Assembly (NCBI GenBank): GCA_964016885.1 | Contig: OZ024747.1 | Location: 24,552,001 to 24,616,000 of the forward strand | Direction of reading: 5' to 3' | DNA: 64,000 bases | DNA from: Eledone cirrhosa | Taxonomy: Eukaryota | Part shown: one piece after another, positions 49,413-64,000 of the stretch | How the letters are laid out: each line of letters begins with the position of its first letter | Position numbering within the stretch: the stretch's first letter is position 1 | Notes under the pieces: model-generated | What the model was told of the DNA's origin: nothing | Seen by the model: only the letters and a program-made list of their open reading frames with translations | Databases searched by the model: none | Position numbers and translations under genes: made by a program

Positions 49413-52060
49413 TAGGTTTAGTTGGTCTCCTATGAGGCTGCATTTCATAGGAGATTTCAGGTTTAGTTGGTCTCCTATGAGGCTGCATTTCATAGGAGAT
49501 TTCAGGTTTAGTTGGTCTTCTATGAAACTGCATTTCATAGGAGATTTCAGGTTTAGTTGGTCTCCTATGAGGCTGCATTTCATAGGAGATTTCAGGTTTA
49601 GTTGGTCTCCTATGAGGCTGCATTTCATAGGAGATTTCAGGTTTAGTTGGTCTTCTATGAAACTGCATTTCATAGGAGATTTCAGGTTTAGTTGGTCTTC
49701 TATGAAACTGCATTTCATAGGAGATTTCAGGTTTAGTTGGTCTCCTATGAAGCTGCATTTCATAGGCGATTTCAGGTGTAGTTGGTCTTCTATGAAGCTG
49801 CATTTCATAGGAGATTTCAGGTTTAGTTGGTCTTCTATGAAGCTGCATTTCATAGGAGATTTCAGGTTTAGTTGGTCTTCTATGAAGCTGCATTTCATAG
49901 GAGATTTCAGGTTTAGTTGGTCTTCTATGAAGCTGCATTTCATAGGAGATTTCAGGTTTAGTTGGTCTTCTATGAAACTGCATTTCATAGGAGATTTCAG
50001 GTTTAGTTGGTCTCCTATGAAGCTGCATTTCATAGGCGATTTCAGGTGTAGTTGGTCTTCTATGAAGCTGCATTTCATAGGAGATTTCAGGTTTAGTTGG
50101 TCTTCTATGAAGCTGCATTTCATAGGAGATTTCAGGTTTAGTTGGTCTTCTATGAAGCTGCATTTCATAGGAGATTTCAGGTTTAGTTGGTCTTCTATGA
50201 AGCTGCATTTCATAGGAGATTTCAGGTTTAGTTGGTCTCCTATGAAGCTGCATTTCATAGGCGATTTCAGGTTTAGTTGGTCTCCTATGAGGCTGCATTT
50301 CATAGGAGATTTCAGGTTTAGTTGGTCTTCTATGAAGCTGCATTTCATAGGCGATTTCAGGTGTAGTTGGTCTCCTATGAGGCTGCATTTCATAGGAGAT
50401 TTCAGGTTTAGTTGGTCTTCTATGAAACTGCATTTCATAGGAGATTTCAGGTTTAGTTGGTCTTCTATGAAGCTGCATTTCATAGGAGATTTCAGATTTA
50501 GTTGGTCTTCTATGAAGCTGCATTTCATAGGAGATTTCAGGTTTAGTTGGTCTTCTATGAAGCTGCATTTCATAGGAGATTTCAGGTTTAGTTGGTCTCC
50601 TATGAGGCTGCATTTCATAGGCGATTTCAGGTTTAGTTGGTCTTCTATGAAGCTGCATTTCATAGGAGATTTCAGGTTTAGTTGGTCTTCTATGAAACTG
50701 CATTTCATAGGAGATTTCGGGTGTAGTTGGTCTCCTATGAGGCTGCATTTCATAGGCGATTTCAGGTTTAGTTGGTCTCCTATGAGGCTGCATTTCATAG
50801 GAGATTTCAGGTTTAGTTGGTCTTCTATGAAACTGCATTTCATAGGCGATTTCAGGTGTAGTTGGTCTCCTATGAAGCTGCATTTCATAGGAGATTTCAG
50901 GTTTAGTTGGTCTCCTATGAGGCTGCATTTCATAGGAGATTTCAGGTTTAGTTGGTCTTCTATGAAACTGCATTTCATAGGAGATTTCAGGTTTAGTTGG
51001 TCTCCTATGAGGCTGCATTTCATAGGCGATTTCAGGTTTAGTTGGTCTCCTATGAGGCTGCATTTCATAGGAGATTTCAGGTTTAGTTGGTCTTCTATGA
51101 AACTGCATTTCATAGGAGATTTCAGGTTTAGTTGGTCTCCTATGAGGCTGCATTTCATAGGAGATTTCAGGTTTAGTTGGTCTTCTATGAAACTGCATTT
51201 CATAGGAGATTTCAGGTTTAGTTGGTCTCCTATGAGGCTGCATTTCATAGGAGATTTCAGGTTTAGTTGGTCTCCTATGAGGCTGCATTTCATAGGAGAT
51301 TTCAGGTTTAGTTGGTCTTCTATGAAACTGCATTTCATAGGAGATTTCAGGTTTAGTTGGTCTTCTATGAAGCTGCATTTCATAGGAGATTTCAGGTTTA
51401 GTTGGTCTCCTATGAGGCTGCATTTCATAGGAGATTTCAGGTTTAGTTGGTCTCCTATGAAGCTGCATTTCATAGGCGATTTCAGGTTTAGTTGGTCTCC
51501 TATGAGGCTGCATTTCATAGGAGATTTCAGGTTTAGTTGGTCTTCTATGAAGCTGCATTTCATAGGAGATTTCAGGTTTAGTTGGTCTCCTATGAGGCTG
51601 CATTTCATAGGAGATTTCAGGTTTAGTTGGTCTCCTATGAGGCTGCATTTCATAGGAGATTTCAGGTTTAGTTGGTCTCCTATGAGGCTGCATTTCATAG
51701 GAGATTTCAGGTTTAGTTGGTCTCCTATGAGGCTGCATTTCATAGGAGATTTCAGGTTTAGTTGGTCTTCTATGAAGCTGCATTTCATAGGAGATTTCAG
51801 GTTTAGTTGGTCTCCTATGAGGCTGCATTTCATAGGAGATTTCAGGTGTAGTTGGTCTTCTATGAAGCTGCATTTCATAGGAGATTTCAGGTTTAGTTGG
51901 TCTCCTATGAGGCTGCATTTCATAGGAGATTTCAGGTTTAGTTGGTCTTCTATGAAACTGCATTTCATAGGAGATTTCAGGTTTAGTTGGTCTTCTATGA
52001 AGCTGCATTTCATAGGCGATTTCAGGTGTAGTTGGTCTCCTATGAGGCTGCATTTCATAG
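49413..52060. repeat. 45-bp satellite, about 59 highly homogeneous copies, each with an internal hairpin
   Basis: ttcaggtttagttggtct(c/t)ctatga(g/a)(g/a)ctgcatttcataggagat; stem tctcctatga/tcataggaga. Confidence 0.97.
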
Positions 52061-52900
52061 ATTTCCCAGAAGTTTAATGGTAGTGACCCCAGTCCTATCA
52101 TGCTGTTGTTACAGCTCACACCTATGTAATTTTGGCTGTCCTTCTATGAAGTTGCATTTCAGAGGAGATTTTTCAGGTGTTTTGATGAGAGAACACTCAG
52201 CCCAATCCTGTTGTTGCTGTTACAATTCACAAATATACAGGTTTAGCCAAACTCCTATAAGATTGACAAGTTGTATTTCATTTCCTTCTCCATCAGCTTT
52301 AGCTATGTCTTTTTTAGTTTTCCCCATTCTCTATTCCCTCAACATTAATTTTCCTCCCTATTCTTCTTACAGTCACTTTCATCCTTCTTCAACCCATGAC
52401 CGAACCATCTCATTCCATTTCTCTTCACAACATGATTAAAGACAGAGATATTAATTTGAAAATTAGGTAAATAATATCACTATCAATAAATATTAATAAA
52501 CGTATGTCTATTAACAAACAAACGAAGGACAGCAATTATTAATGGTAAGTAGAGATGAGTAATGTCCAGAAATACTGACTAGAGACTATCTGATCGACAC
52601 TGACCTTGATGTGCGTGTGTGTGCGCGCATGTGTGTGTGCATGTGTGTGTGTGCGTGTGTGTATAATGTAATCATCAACAAGCAGTTAGAGGGCTCTATA
52701 TCAGTAAAATATTTCCATAACAAGATTAAACAAGATTATGTAGGCTACTGACAAGATAGCTCAGCAAAGATTGCAATTGACAGGTGACTGAGACATCCTG
52801 GAGGAATGGCCTCAAATCTAGAGCCATGGCAGTCAACACATGGTTGAATTAACCATGTAAAACAATACTGACCAGAGACACTATTTGAAATCAAAAGGCC

Positions 52901-53125
52901 TTAACCCTTTAGCATTTTACATTACTCTATATTTTCTATTAAATTTTCACGGTAAAAGCTTTACCTCACATAATTATCTCACATAATATCAAATCTATGA
53001 GATTTTGATATTATTTATTTTGAGAACAATACCTTAACATCAGTATGAATGGCCGATTACAGCCAGTTTGAAAGAGGTCAGAGAATTTTGGCTGGATACA
53101 GCTGGTTTAAATGCTAAGGGGTCAA
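52901..53125. mobile_element. piggyBac-like MITE
   Basis: TTAA-ccctttagcattt ... aaatgctaagggg-TCAA. Confidence 0.65.
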
Positions 53126-53299
53126 ATTGGCAAAAACAAAAGTGCAAGTAGAAAGGAAAACAGGGCCTGGTTCTATCAGAGATATGGCCTTGCTTAGTAT
53201 TCAGGAAAGAAGAAGATAAAAATTCCACTCAATGTTTCAAATGTAAAACTATGTATACACAAGAGCACAGGAGCAGTAAGCAGCAAGAGCTCACATGAG

Positions 53300-53920
53300 A
53301 CAAATTCTATCAAATGCTAAGAAGGTTCCCTAGAAGTAGTTGACATCTTCTGTTAATTGGATGACTAAATTAGCAGTGGAAGTGGGTGTTCTGAAAGTAC
53401 AATAGCTAGAGTGCAAATGTGGTGAAAACAGTTCAATGGCCTACTTCCATTGCTAGCTACAAAAGGGTTTTCCTTCAAAATGAAAGATAGATTGTATTAT
53501 GCTTGTGTGTAAATAGCATTGCAGCATGGAAGTGAGACTTAGGCACTGTGTGTAGAGGACCTACAAACATCAGAAAAAATGAAGCATGCATGCTCTGATG
53601 GATATGTAATCATAGTGTACATGAACATGAAGGGTCAATGGAATGAAAAGCTCAGCTTAAGAGGTGTCAGATGCAGTGTGTAGGAGAGGAGACTGTGATA
53701 GTATGGACATGTGATGCGTATACAGGACAGCTACATAAAATGGTGTAAGGTGCTTGAAATTGATGGAGACTATAGAAGAGAAAGGCCTAGGAAAGTTTGG
53801 GATGATGTAGTAAAAGCTGACCTCATGCAATTAAACCTCCCAAAGGAAATGACACAGGATCAAATTCACTAGCAATATACCATGCTGCAGTACAGAATGA
53901 AACAAGCATGGAAAGAATGA
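53300..53920 (+). pseudogene. Decayed RTE LINE 3' half
   Basis: GSLEVVD, KGFSFKMKDRLY, HGSET, YGHVMR, RPRKVW remnants. Confidence 0.75.
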
Positions 53921-54375
53921 TAGTTTTCCCTATTCTTCCTTGTATACCTTGACCCATTTTAATACTACCCTGTTCCCACCTCATTCACTCTCCAAGTAAC
54001 CCACCTTAGCCTTCCTCCACTAACTCCTCCTATTCCTATCTTACTTAACCAACTCTTTAAAAAAAAAAAGGAACACTACTTTCAGATTAAAAAATGCCAT
54101 TGCAACAAAGTTATCATTATTTTGAACAGTTAATGCTCTATTTGCACACTATTTTCTGTGTGTAAGTGCATATACACACACACACACACATATATATATA
54201 AGAAAAGAAATAGGAGTATCCATTTATGCAGGTAACATAATTTTTCAGCTCTTGTAGTCAATTGCATTGAAACACATGTTAGAAACACTAATATCTTTGT
54301 TATGTAATAAAACTTTCTTCGAATTTCAACAAATTTTGCTTAATTTTTCCTAGTACCCTGTTGGCATTATATATA

Positions 54376-55182
<807 letters not shown>

Positions 55183-55385
55183 TGAGTGGTATATATATAT
55201 ACATGTGTTTCTTATTGGCAACATGACCCTCCCAAAGTATAACAATATCGGTTTCAACACACGTTTTCAGATAAAGAATCTTGCTAAACAAATTCAGAAA
55301 CGAAATATATATATATATACACACACAAACACACACACATACACACACACATAAGTCAATTGCATGAACTCATAATCCTTTATTT

Positions 55386-55441
55386 ACTGCTATATATATT
55401 TTGATGATAGCCATTGAATGGCTATGACCTCATCAGGCAGT
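55386..55441 (-). ncRNA. Hammerhead motif with G12A mutation (same family as 4525)
   Basis: Minus strand: actgc CTGATGA ggtcatagccat-tca-atggctatcatc AAAA tatata TA gcagt. Confidence 0.65.
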
Positions 55442-55477
55442 TAGTCAGTTCTTAGATATGCCAGCTCTGTGTTTATG

Positions 55478-55522
<45 letters not shown>

Positions 55523-55936
55523 TAAGAGAGAGAGAGAGAGATGCTTTGCGCACAATAGTAATAGAACTTGTACATCACCTCTAGGTTCAAACGAGGGCAT
55601 AAACACAAACCTCCACATAATGTGCCCTTAAACCATTACACACACACACACACACACACATGTGGTATTGTGAATGTTCTGAAACATTTCTCTGTTACTT
55701 ATGTTCTCTTAAAGTTGGCCGTTCTTTAATGTCATTAACGAATCATTTTCAATGCTTCTAATTAAGATGGCTAGTGGCACCTCGTTATCATATCAATTAA
55801 CTCTTATTTACTCAAGTACTACATGATCATTTCTTAATGTCTACCTCATGTTGGAGTAGTATTTCCCTTCATTTATACAACAGACATAACACTGAAATAG
55901 ACCGTTTCCACATTTTTCAAGGTGATATGTAGATAC

Positions 55937-56605
55937 ATCATCATCATTTTACTCCTGCTTTCCATGCTAGCATGGGTTGGACAAGATGGTTCACTTACTA
56001 TGCCTTGCTTCCACTGCTATCCTAAACAGGTCATGGACTATGTCATACTTGTATGTTCAATTTTTGACAGAGGTTCTATGGCTAGATGCTCTTCCTAACC
56101 TAACACCAACCACTTTACAGAGTGTACTTGGTGTATTTTAATGTGGCACCACCACTACCACATTACGGAGTGGGCTGTGTGTATTTTATCATGGCACTAT
56201 CACCAACCACTTTATTGTGTGTATTGAGTACATTTTTATCATGGCACCTGCACTACCACATAACAGAAAGTACTGGGTGTATTTTATCACAGCCTCTTCA
56301 CAACAAACTTTAGAGAGTGTACTAGGTACATTTTTCATTAGCACTTTACAGAATGTATTGAGTACATGTTATTGTGGTACCAGCTCTACCACTTTATAGA
56401 GTGTACTGGGTACATTTTATCATGACAACAGCACTACCACTTTATTAAGTGTACTGGGTGTATTTTGTCATGACAATAGCACTGCCACTTTATTGAGTGT
56501 CCTGGGTGTATTTTACTATGGCATTAGCACTACCACTTTATTGAGTGTACTGGGTGTATTTTATCATGATAATAGCATCACCATTTTACAGAATGCACTA
56601 GCACT
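55937..56605 (-). repeat. RTE tail fragment running into a ~48-bp minisatellite
   Basis: gctagatgctcttcctaac..ccaaccactttacagagtgtac then tandem accacttta..gagtgtactgggt..ttttatcatg..agcact. Confidence 0.75.
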
Positions 56606-56789
56606 AGAAAAGTTATAATGTAGTCAACAAGGCTGTCTCCATCTTCCAAAATTATTAAGATGGAACTTTGAAGAGATGTGGTTGTCTCTAACATTGCAGA
56701 CATCATCAAGTAATGTCAAACATCATTATCACAGTTATTACCACTTTACCTCATACATACTCCACATATGTGAGTGGTACGATTCCTAC

Positions 56790-57635
56790 GAGTGACTTGA
56801 TCTAAGACACTGTGTTGAAAATAAAGCAATTGCATCATAGAAGATTTATTTCAGCCACAGTTGTATATGACTGGCAAGTGACTTGATCTGAGATTGTGTA
56901 TTGAAACTAAAGCAAGTACATTGTAGATGAGCCATTTTAGCCACAGTTGTATATGACTGGCAAGTGACTTGATCTGAGATTGTGTATTGAAACTAAAGCA
57001 AGTACATTGTAGATGAGCCATTTTAGCCACAGTTGTATATGTCTGGCAAGTGACTTGATCTGAGATTGTGTATTGAAACTAAAGCAAGTACATTGTAGAT
57101 GAGCCATTTTAGCCATAGTGGTATATGACTGGCAAGTGACTTGATCTGAGATTGTGTATTGAAACTAAAGCAAGTACATTGTAGATGAGCCATTTTAGCC
57201 ATAGTGGTATATGACTGGCAAGTGACTTGATCTGAGATTGTGTATTGAAACTAAAGCAAGTACATTGTAGATGAGCCATTTTAGCCATAGTGGTACATGT
57301 CTGGCAAGTGGTTTGATCTGAGATTGTGTATTGAAACTAAAGCAAGTACATTGTAGATGAGCCATTTTAGCCATAGTGGTATATGACTGGCAAGTGACTT
57401 GATCTGAGATTGTGTATTGAAACTAAAGCAAGTACATTGTAGATGAGCCATTTTAGCCATAGTGGTACATGTCTGGCAAGTGGTTTGATCCGAGACTCTG
57501 TGTTGAAACTAAAGCAATTACATTATGAAAAAGAGGCAGTTTAACCACAGTTGTACATGTCTGGCAAGTGACTTGATCTGAGACCATGTGTTAAAACTAA
57601 AGCAATTACATTGTGGAAAAGAGACATTTTAGCCA
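56790..57635. repeat. 86-bp tandem repeat, about 9-10 copies
   Basis: ggcaagtgacttgatctgagattgtgtattgaaactaaagcaagtacattgtagatgagccattttagcc. Confidence 0.95.
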
Positions 57636-57972
57636 AGTAAATACTGTTAACTGACATAGTCACTGACATAGTGCTACTGTGACTACATGTAGATAAGCCT
57701 TCACCAACAATACTTTGTTTACCATTGTCTTCCAGTTTCCAGCATCTGGAAATAATGAACAAGTGCTGATGAACTGTAATGACAGTGGAATACATTCATT
57801 GACTGCTCTTACCCCAATACTGAAGTAGCTGTGATGTGGTCACAGCTTGAAATACCCACACAAACATAATATGTATGTTTATTATACATCAACATATTCT
57901 ATATGTGCTTATATACAACTTCATTCTGTATATATAGTGTCTACTATTACATTCACAGCTCCTTCTTTGCCA

Positions 57973-58345
57973 ATAATAGGGATACATTTATAATAGGGAT
58001 ACATTTATAATAAGGCTACATCTATAATAGGGGTACATTTATAGTAGGGTACATTTATAATGGGGGTACATTTATAATGGGGTACATTTTATAATAAGGC
58101 TACATTTATAATAGGGGTACATTTATAATAGGGGTACATTTTATAATAAGGCTACATTTATAATAGGGGTACATTTATAATGGGGTACATTTATAAGGCT
58201 ACATCTATAATAGGGGTACATTTATAATAGGGTACATTTATAGTAGGGTACATTTATAATGGGGTACATTTATAATGGAGTAGATTTATAATGGAGTAGA
58301 TTTATAATGGAGTAGATTTATAATGGGGGTACATTTTATAATAGA
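57973..58345. repeat. ~18-bp minisatellite
   Basis: taataggggtacattta. Confidence 0.9.
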
Positions 58346-59090
58346 GTTTATGAGGTGTATACCCTGAGATTGTATACCTTGGTCAAACACACATATATAC
58401 AGATGTACACAAACACCATATTGACACACACTATATAGCCAACACACACACAACATCACACCACACACAAACCACACACGTCACAACCCACACACATCAC
58501 AACCCACAGCCACACATCACAACCCACACACATCACAACCCACAGCCACACATCACAACCCACACACATCACAACCCCCCCACACACACATCACAACCCC
58601 CACACACGCATCACAACCCCCACCACAACCCATACACACTCACCAACACACATCACAACCCCCCCCCACACACACACATCACACCACACTCCGCATACAC
58701 TCATATATAACAGAAACCCCTACACCATACACACACATACACATATACCACACAATATATATATATATATATATATATTATAGATAACAGATCTGTCTGG
58801 AATCACTGAATTGTAAGGAACAACCATCTTTCTTTCTATCTGTCTCGCTTGCTACCTCTCTATGTATCTATCCATATATATAAGTATTGAGTACTTTGGT
58901 GCGTATGGTCCATCTGGTTCCTTACCACATTTCCTTCGTTTATATATTTATATATAAACTGTAGAGTGCTTCTTATCCAATATCTGCATTGCTTTATTGT
59001 ACTACAATAAAACTCACCTCCTACACATATAAACAATTGGATAAGAAGCACTCTACAGTTTGTAGGACTGGAGTATATATAATATATAAG

Positions 59091-59490
59091 ATCAAAAGAT
59101 GGTTAAAAGAGTTCCATGTATATGTTGATTTAAAACTGCACTATTCACAAGTATTTTTTAACCTTCATATCATGTCTCCCTATTTTATCTGATGAAAACA
59201 CAAATATTATTGCAGCTGTAGAAATGAGATGATAGGGACTGAGGTCCATATCATTCCACTGCAAAGTGGTCGTGGAGGTGCCACGGCAAAAAAGCACCCA
59301 GCACTCACTGTAAATGAGGTTGGTGTTAGGAAGGGCATCCAGCTGTAGAAATCAAGCCAGAATCAGTTCCCGTCCCACCCTTGCAAGCAGGGAAAAGCGG
59401 ACGTAAAATGAAATGATGATGATGATGATGATATTTGTTTTTGAAATGCGCATAATAAAATACATGGAACTCTTTTAACCATCTTTTGAT
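59091..59490. mobile_element. MITE with perfect 31-bp TIRs containing a truncated family B SINE (59212-59432)
   Basis: atcaaaagatggttaaaagagttccatgtat / atacatggaactcttttaaccatcttttgat. Confidence 0.75.
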
Positions 59491-59536
59491 ATACATACAT
59501 ATATATACATACATACATACATATATACATATATAC

Positions 59537-59581
<45 letters not shown>

Positions 59582-59613
59582 CATATATACATACATACAT
59601 ATATACATACATA

Positions 59614-59645
<32 letters not shown>

Positions 59646-59654
59646 CATATATAC

Positions 59655-59689
<35 letters not shown>

Positions 59690-59695
59690 CATACA

Positions 59696-59727
<32 letters not shown>

Positions 59728-59744
59728 CATATATACATATATAC

Positions 59745-59789
<45 letters not shown>

Positions 59790-59880
59790 CATATATACAT
59801 ATATATATATATACATATATATACATACATACATATATACATATATACATATATATACATACATATATATACATACATTA

Positions 59881-59942
<62 letters not shown>

Positions 59943-59982
59943 GGGATAACAAATTATTGTTATAGGTAGTCCACTACCGCAA

Positions 59983-60088
59983 GCTCTGATGAATTGACTG
60001 GTTATAACTATGTATTGGTGATCGATTGACGCAGAAACAGGCGGGTAGCGATCTCTAGACCTACCAGTTCAGAGAAACAATTGTCAGC
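59983..60088 (+). ncRNA. Hammerhead-like motif with extended stem II
   Basis: gct CTGATGA [81-nt hairpin] GAAA caattg TC agc; GUC triplet. Confidence 0.6.
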
Positions 60089-60147
60089 AATCTGATTAAA
60101 GCCCTTATTGTATAGCAAACCGTGTCACTCTTCTTTCTTGATTTATA

Positions 60148-60190
<43 letters not shown>

Positions 60191-60227
60191 GTATATTTAT
60201 ATACATATGCATACATATATATATACA

Positions 60228-60258
<31 letters not shown>

Positions 60259-60437
60259 ACATACATATATATATATACATACATATATATATACATACAT
60301 ATATATATATACATACATATATATATACATACATATATATATATATACATACATATATATATACATACATATATATATATATACATACATATATATATAC
60401 ATACATATATATATACATACATATATATATACATACA

Positions 60438-60556
<119 letters not shown>

Positions 60557-60734
60557 ACATACATATATATATATACATATATATATATACATACATACAT
60601 ACACATACATATATATATACACATACATACATACACATACATATATATATACATACATATATATATATACATACATATATATATACATACATATATATAT
60701 ACATACATATATATATACATACATATATATATAC

Positions 60735-61320
60735 ATGGTGGCTGCCAACTCGTTTTCGAGTACGGCCACTACTTTATATCCATATAGGAGAACCCCTACC
60801 GATGCGCTGAACGAGTGTGACTTTTTAGTCCAGCCAGCAACTTGAAAACTCTGGTACAAAGACTACACTTGTGACCATTATTGACACATAGTGCAGGGCC
60901 CATGGTACCATGTGATGACAAGTGCAGAGAGATCTCCAGATATAAAGCAATGCCTGTGCCGTGAAGCTTTTATAGTGAGCAAAGGCACTGCACAAAGCCA
61001 GTCCCACTCTCTTAACCAAGATGATATTTACCAAAAAGAAGAACAAGTCAACATCATTGGATACCATCAGGGTTGCAGGTGTTATATCAGAGTTTTCCTT
61101 CTCCTAGAATTCTGCCTTGACAAAGGCTAAGGGGTCATCTCTCCCGGTGATTTTGGATGGCTATTGAGTCTTAAGAGCTCCCTTGCCCTTTGACAGGTTT
61201 TGTTTTTAGTCCTGCAGGATGTCCAAAGTCACCCTCCTCACCAAGAAACCTTGGTGGGGTTGCCAGTTTAGTCGCCAACGACCCGACCATGAGACAGGTT
61301 GTACTGGGATACATGTTACC
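60735..61320 (-). mobile_element. Non-autonomous RTE-derived element, longest copy
   Basis: RTE-like 5' UTR (ggagaaggaaaactctgat) fused to terminal C2H2 finger [24 protein letters not shown]; followed by a (TATG/TA)n tail. Confidence 0.7.
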
Positions 61321-61403
61321 ATATATATACATACATATATATATACATACATATATATATATACATACATATATATATATACATACATATATATATACAT
61401 ACA

Positions 61404-61490
<87 letters not shown>

Positions 61491-61702
61491 ATATACATAC
61501 ATATATATATATACATACATACGTACATACACATACATATATATATACACATACATACATACACATACATATATATATACATACATATATATATACATAC
61601 ATATATATATATATACATACATATATATATACATACATATATATATACATACATATATACATACATATATATATACATATATATATACATACATATATAT
61701 AC

Positions 61703-61763
<61 letters not shown>

Positions 61764-61774
61764 CATACATATAC

Positions 61775-61813
<39 letters not shown>

Positions 61814-61905
61814 CAAATACATATATATATATATACATATATATATATACATACATACATATATATATATACATACATACATATATATATATACATACAT
61901 ACATA

Positions 61906-61937
<32 letters not shown>

Positions 61938-61986
61938 CATATACATACATATATATACATACATACATATACATACATATACATAC

Positions 61987-62019
<33 letters not shown>

Positions 62020-62105
62020 CATACATATATATATACATACATATATATATACATACATATATATATACATACATATATATATACATACATATATATATAC
62101 ATACA

Positions 62106-62145
<40 letters not shown>

Positions 62146-62280
62146 CATATATATATACATACATATATATATACATATATATATACATACATATATATAT
62201 ACATATATATATATATACATACATATATATATACATACATATATATATACATACATATATATATACATACATATATATAC

Positions 62281-62311
<31 letters not shown>

Positions 62312-62333
62312 CATACATATATATATACATACA

Positions 62334-62365
<32 letters not shown>

Positions 62366-62530
62366 CATATATACATACATATATATACATACATACATAT
62401 ATACATACATATATACATACATATATATACATACATACATATATATACATACATATACATACATACATACATATACATACATATACATATATATACATAC
62501 ATATACATACATATACATATATATACATAC

Positions 62531-62566
<36 letters not shown>

Positions 62567-62856
62567 ATATACACATATATATACATACATATACATACAT
62601 ATACATACATATATATATATATACACATATATATATACATACATATACATACACATATATATATACAGACATATACATACACATATATATATACATACAT
62701 ATACATACACATATATATATACATACATATACATACACATATATATATACATACATATACATATATATATACATACATATACATATATATATACACATAT
62801 ATACATACATACATATACATACATACATATACATACATACATACATATATATATAC
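61321..62856. repeat. 1.5-kb (TA)/(TACA) compound microsatellite (similar tracts at 48367-48903, 59490-59941, 60150-60734, 63305-64000)
   Basis: Direct reading. Confidence 0.95.
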
Positions 62857-63303
62857 ATGGTGGCTGCCAACTCGTTTTCGAGTACGGCCACTACTTTATA
62901 TCCATGTAGGAGAACCCCTACCGATGCGCTGAACGAATGTGACTTTAGTCCAGCCAGCGACTTGAAAACTCTGGCACAAAGACTACACTTGTGACCATTA
63001 TTGACACATAGTGCAGGGCCCATGGTACCATGTGATGACAAGTGCAGAGAGATCTCCAGATATAAAGCAATGCCTGTGCTGTGAAGCTTTTATAGTGAGC
63101 AAAGGCACTGCACAAAGCCAGTCCCACTCTCTTAACCAAGATGATATTTACCAAAAAGAAGAACAGGTCAACATCATTGGATACCATCAGGGTTGCAGGT
63201 GTTATATCAGAGTTTTCCTTCTCCTAGAATTCTGCCTTGACAAAGGCTAAGGGGTCATCTCTCCCGGTGATTTTGGATGGCTATTGACTCTTAAGAGCTC
63301 CCT
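62857..63303 (-). mobile_element. Non-autonomous RTE-derived element, copy 3
   Basis: Near-identical to 60735-61184. Confidence 0.8.
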
Positions 63304-63401
63304 TTTATACATACATATACATACATACATATATATATACATACATATACATACATATACATACATATACATACATACATATATATATCATATATATATA
63401 C

Positions 63402-63441
<40 letters not shown>

Positions 63442-64000
63442 ATACATATATATATACATACATACATATATATATACATACATATATATATACATACATA
63501 CATATATATATACATACATACATATATATATACATACATACATATATATATACATATACATACATATATATATACATACATATATATATACATATATATA
63601 TACATACATATATATATACATATATATATACATACATATATATATACATACATATATATATACATATATATATACATACATACATACATATATACATACA
63701 TACATATATACATACATACATATATACATACATACATATATATATACATATATACATATATATATACATATATATATACATATATATATACATATATATA
63801 TATACATACATACATATATACATATATATATACATACATATATACATATACATACATACATACATGTATATATACATATATATATACATGCATACATATA
63901 TATATACATATACATACATACATATATATATACATATACATACATACATACATATCTACATACATACATATACATACATACATATATATATATATACATA

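Noticed and set aside
49413-52060. CRISPR-like palindromic repeat array or 900-aa repeat proteins
   Set aside because: No unique spacers, no cas genes, eukaryotic context; the ORFs follow from a stop-free 45-bp unit.
57762-57800. Hammerhead-like CTGATGA actgt/acagt GGAA tacatt
   Set aside because: Stem II is perfect but GAAA is GGAA and stems I and III are weak; cannot be distinguished from chance.

Overview
Repeat-saturated, AT-rich eukaryotic genomic DNA. The SINE/RTE families and (TA)n/(TACA)n tracts resemble those I associate with octopus/coleoid cephalopod genomes; this is inference, not a database result. No intact host protein-coding gene can be supported, and nearly all long ORFs in the track are artefacts of micro/minisatellites. 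The window holds decayed LINEs of several clades (RTE, R4/Dong-type with restriction-like endonuclease, L1/Tx1), a Penelope-like GIY-YIG relic, an internally deleted maT/mariner transposon, several MITEs, more than 15 tRNA-derived SINE copies (some with clear TSDs) and many tandem arrays. The most notable signal is non-coding: about ten type I hammerhead-ribozyme motifs on both strands. These include two with fully canonical cores (4525-4579 minus, 5862-5921 plus), a three-copy family with compensatory changes in stem II, and three motifs whose stem II is extended to 60-80 nt. Also notable is a canonical PHD-finger pattern nested inside the reverse-transcriptase domain of the RTE LINE.
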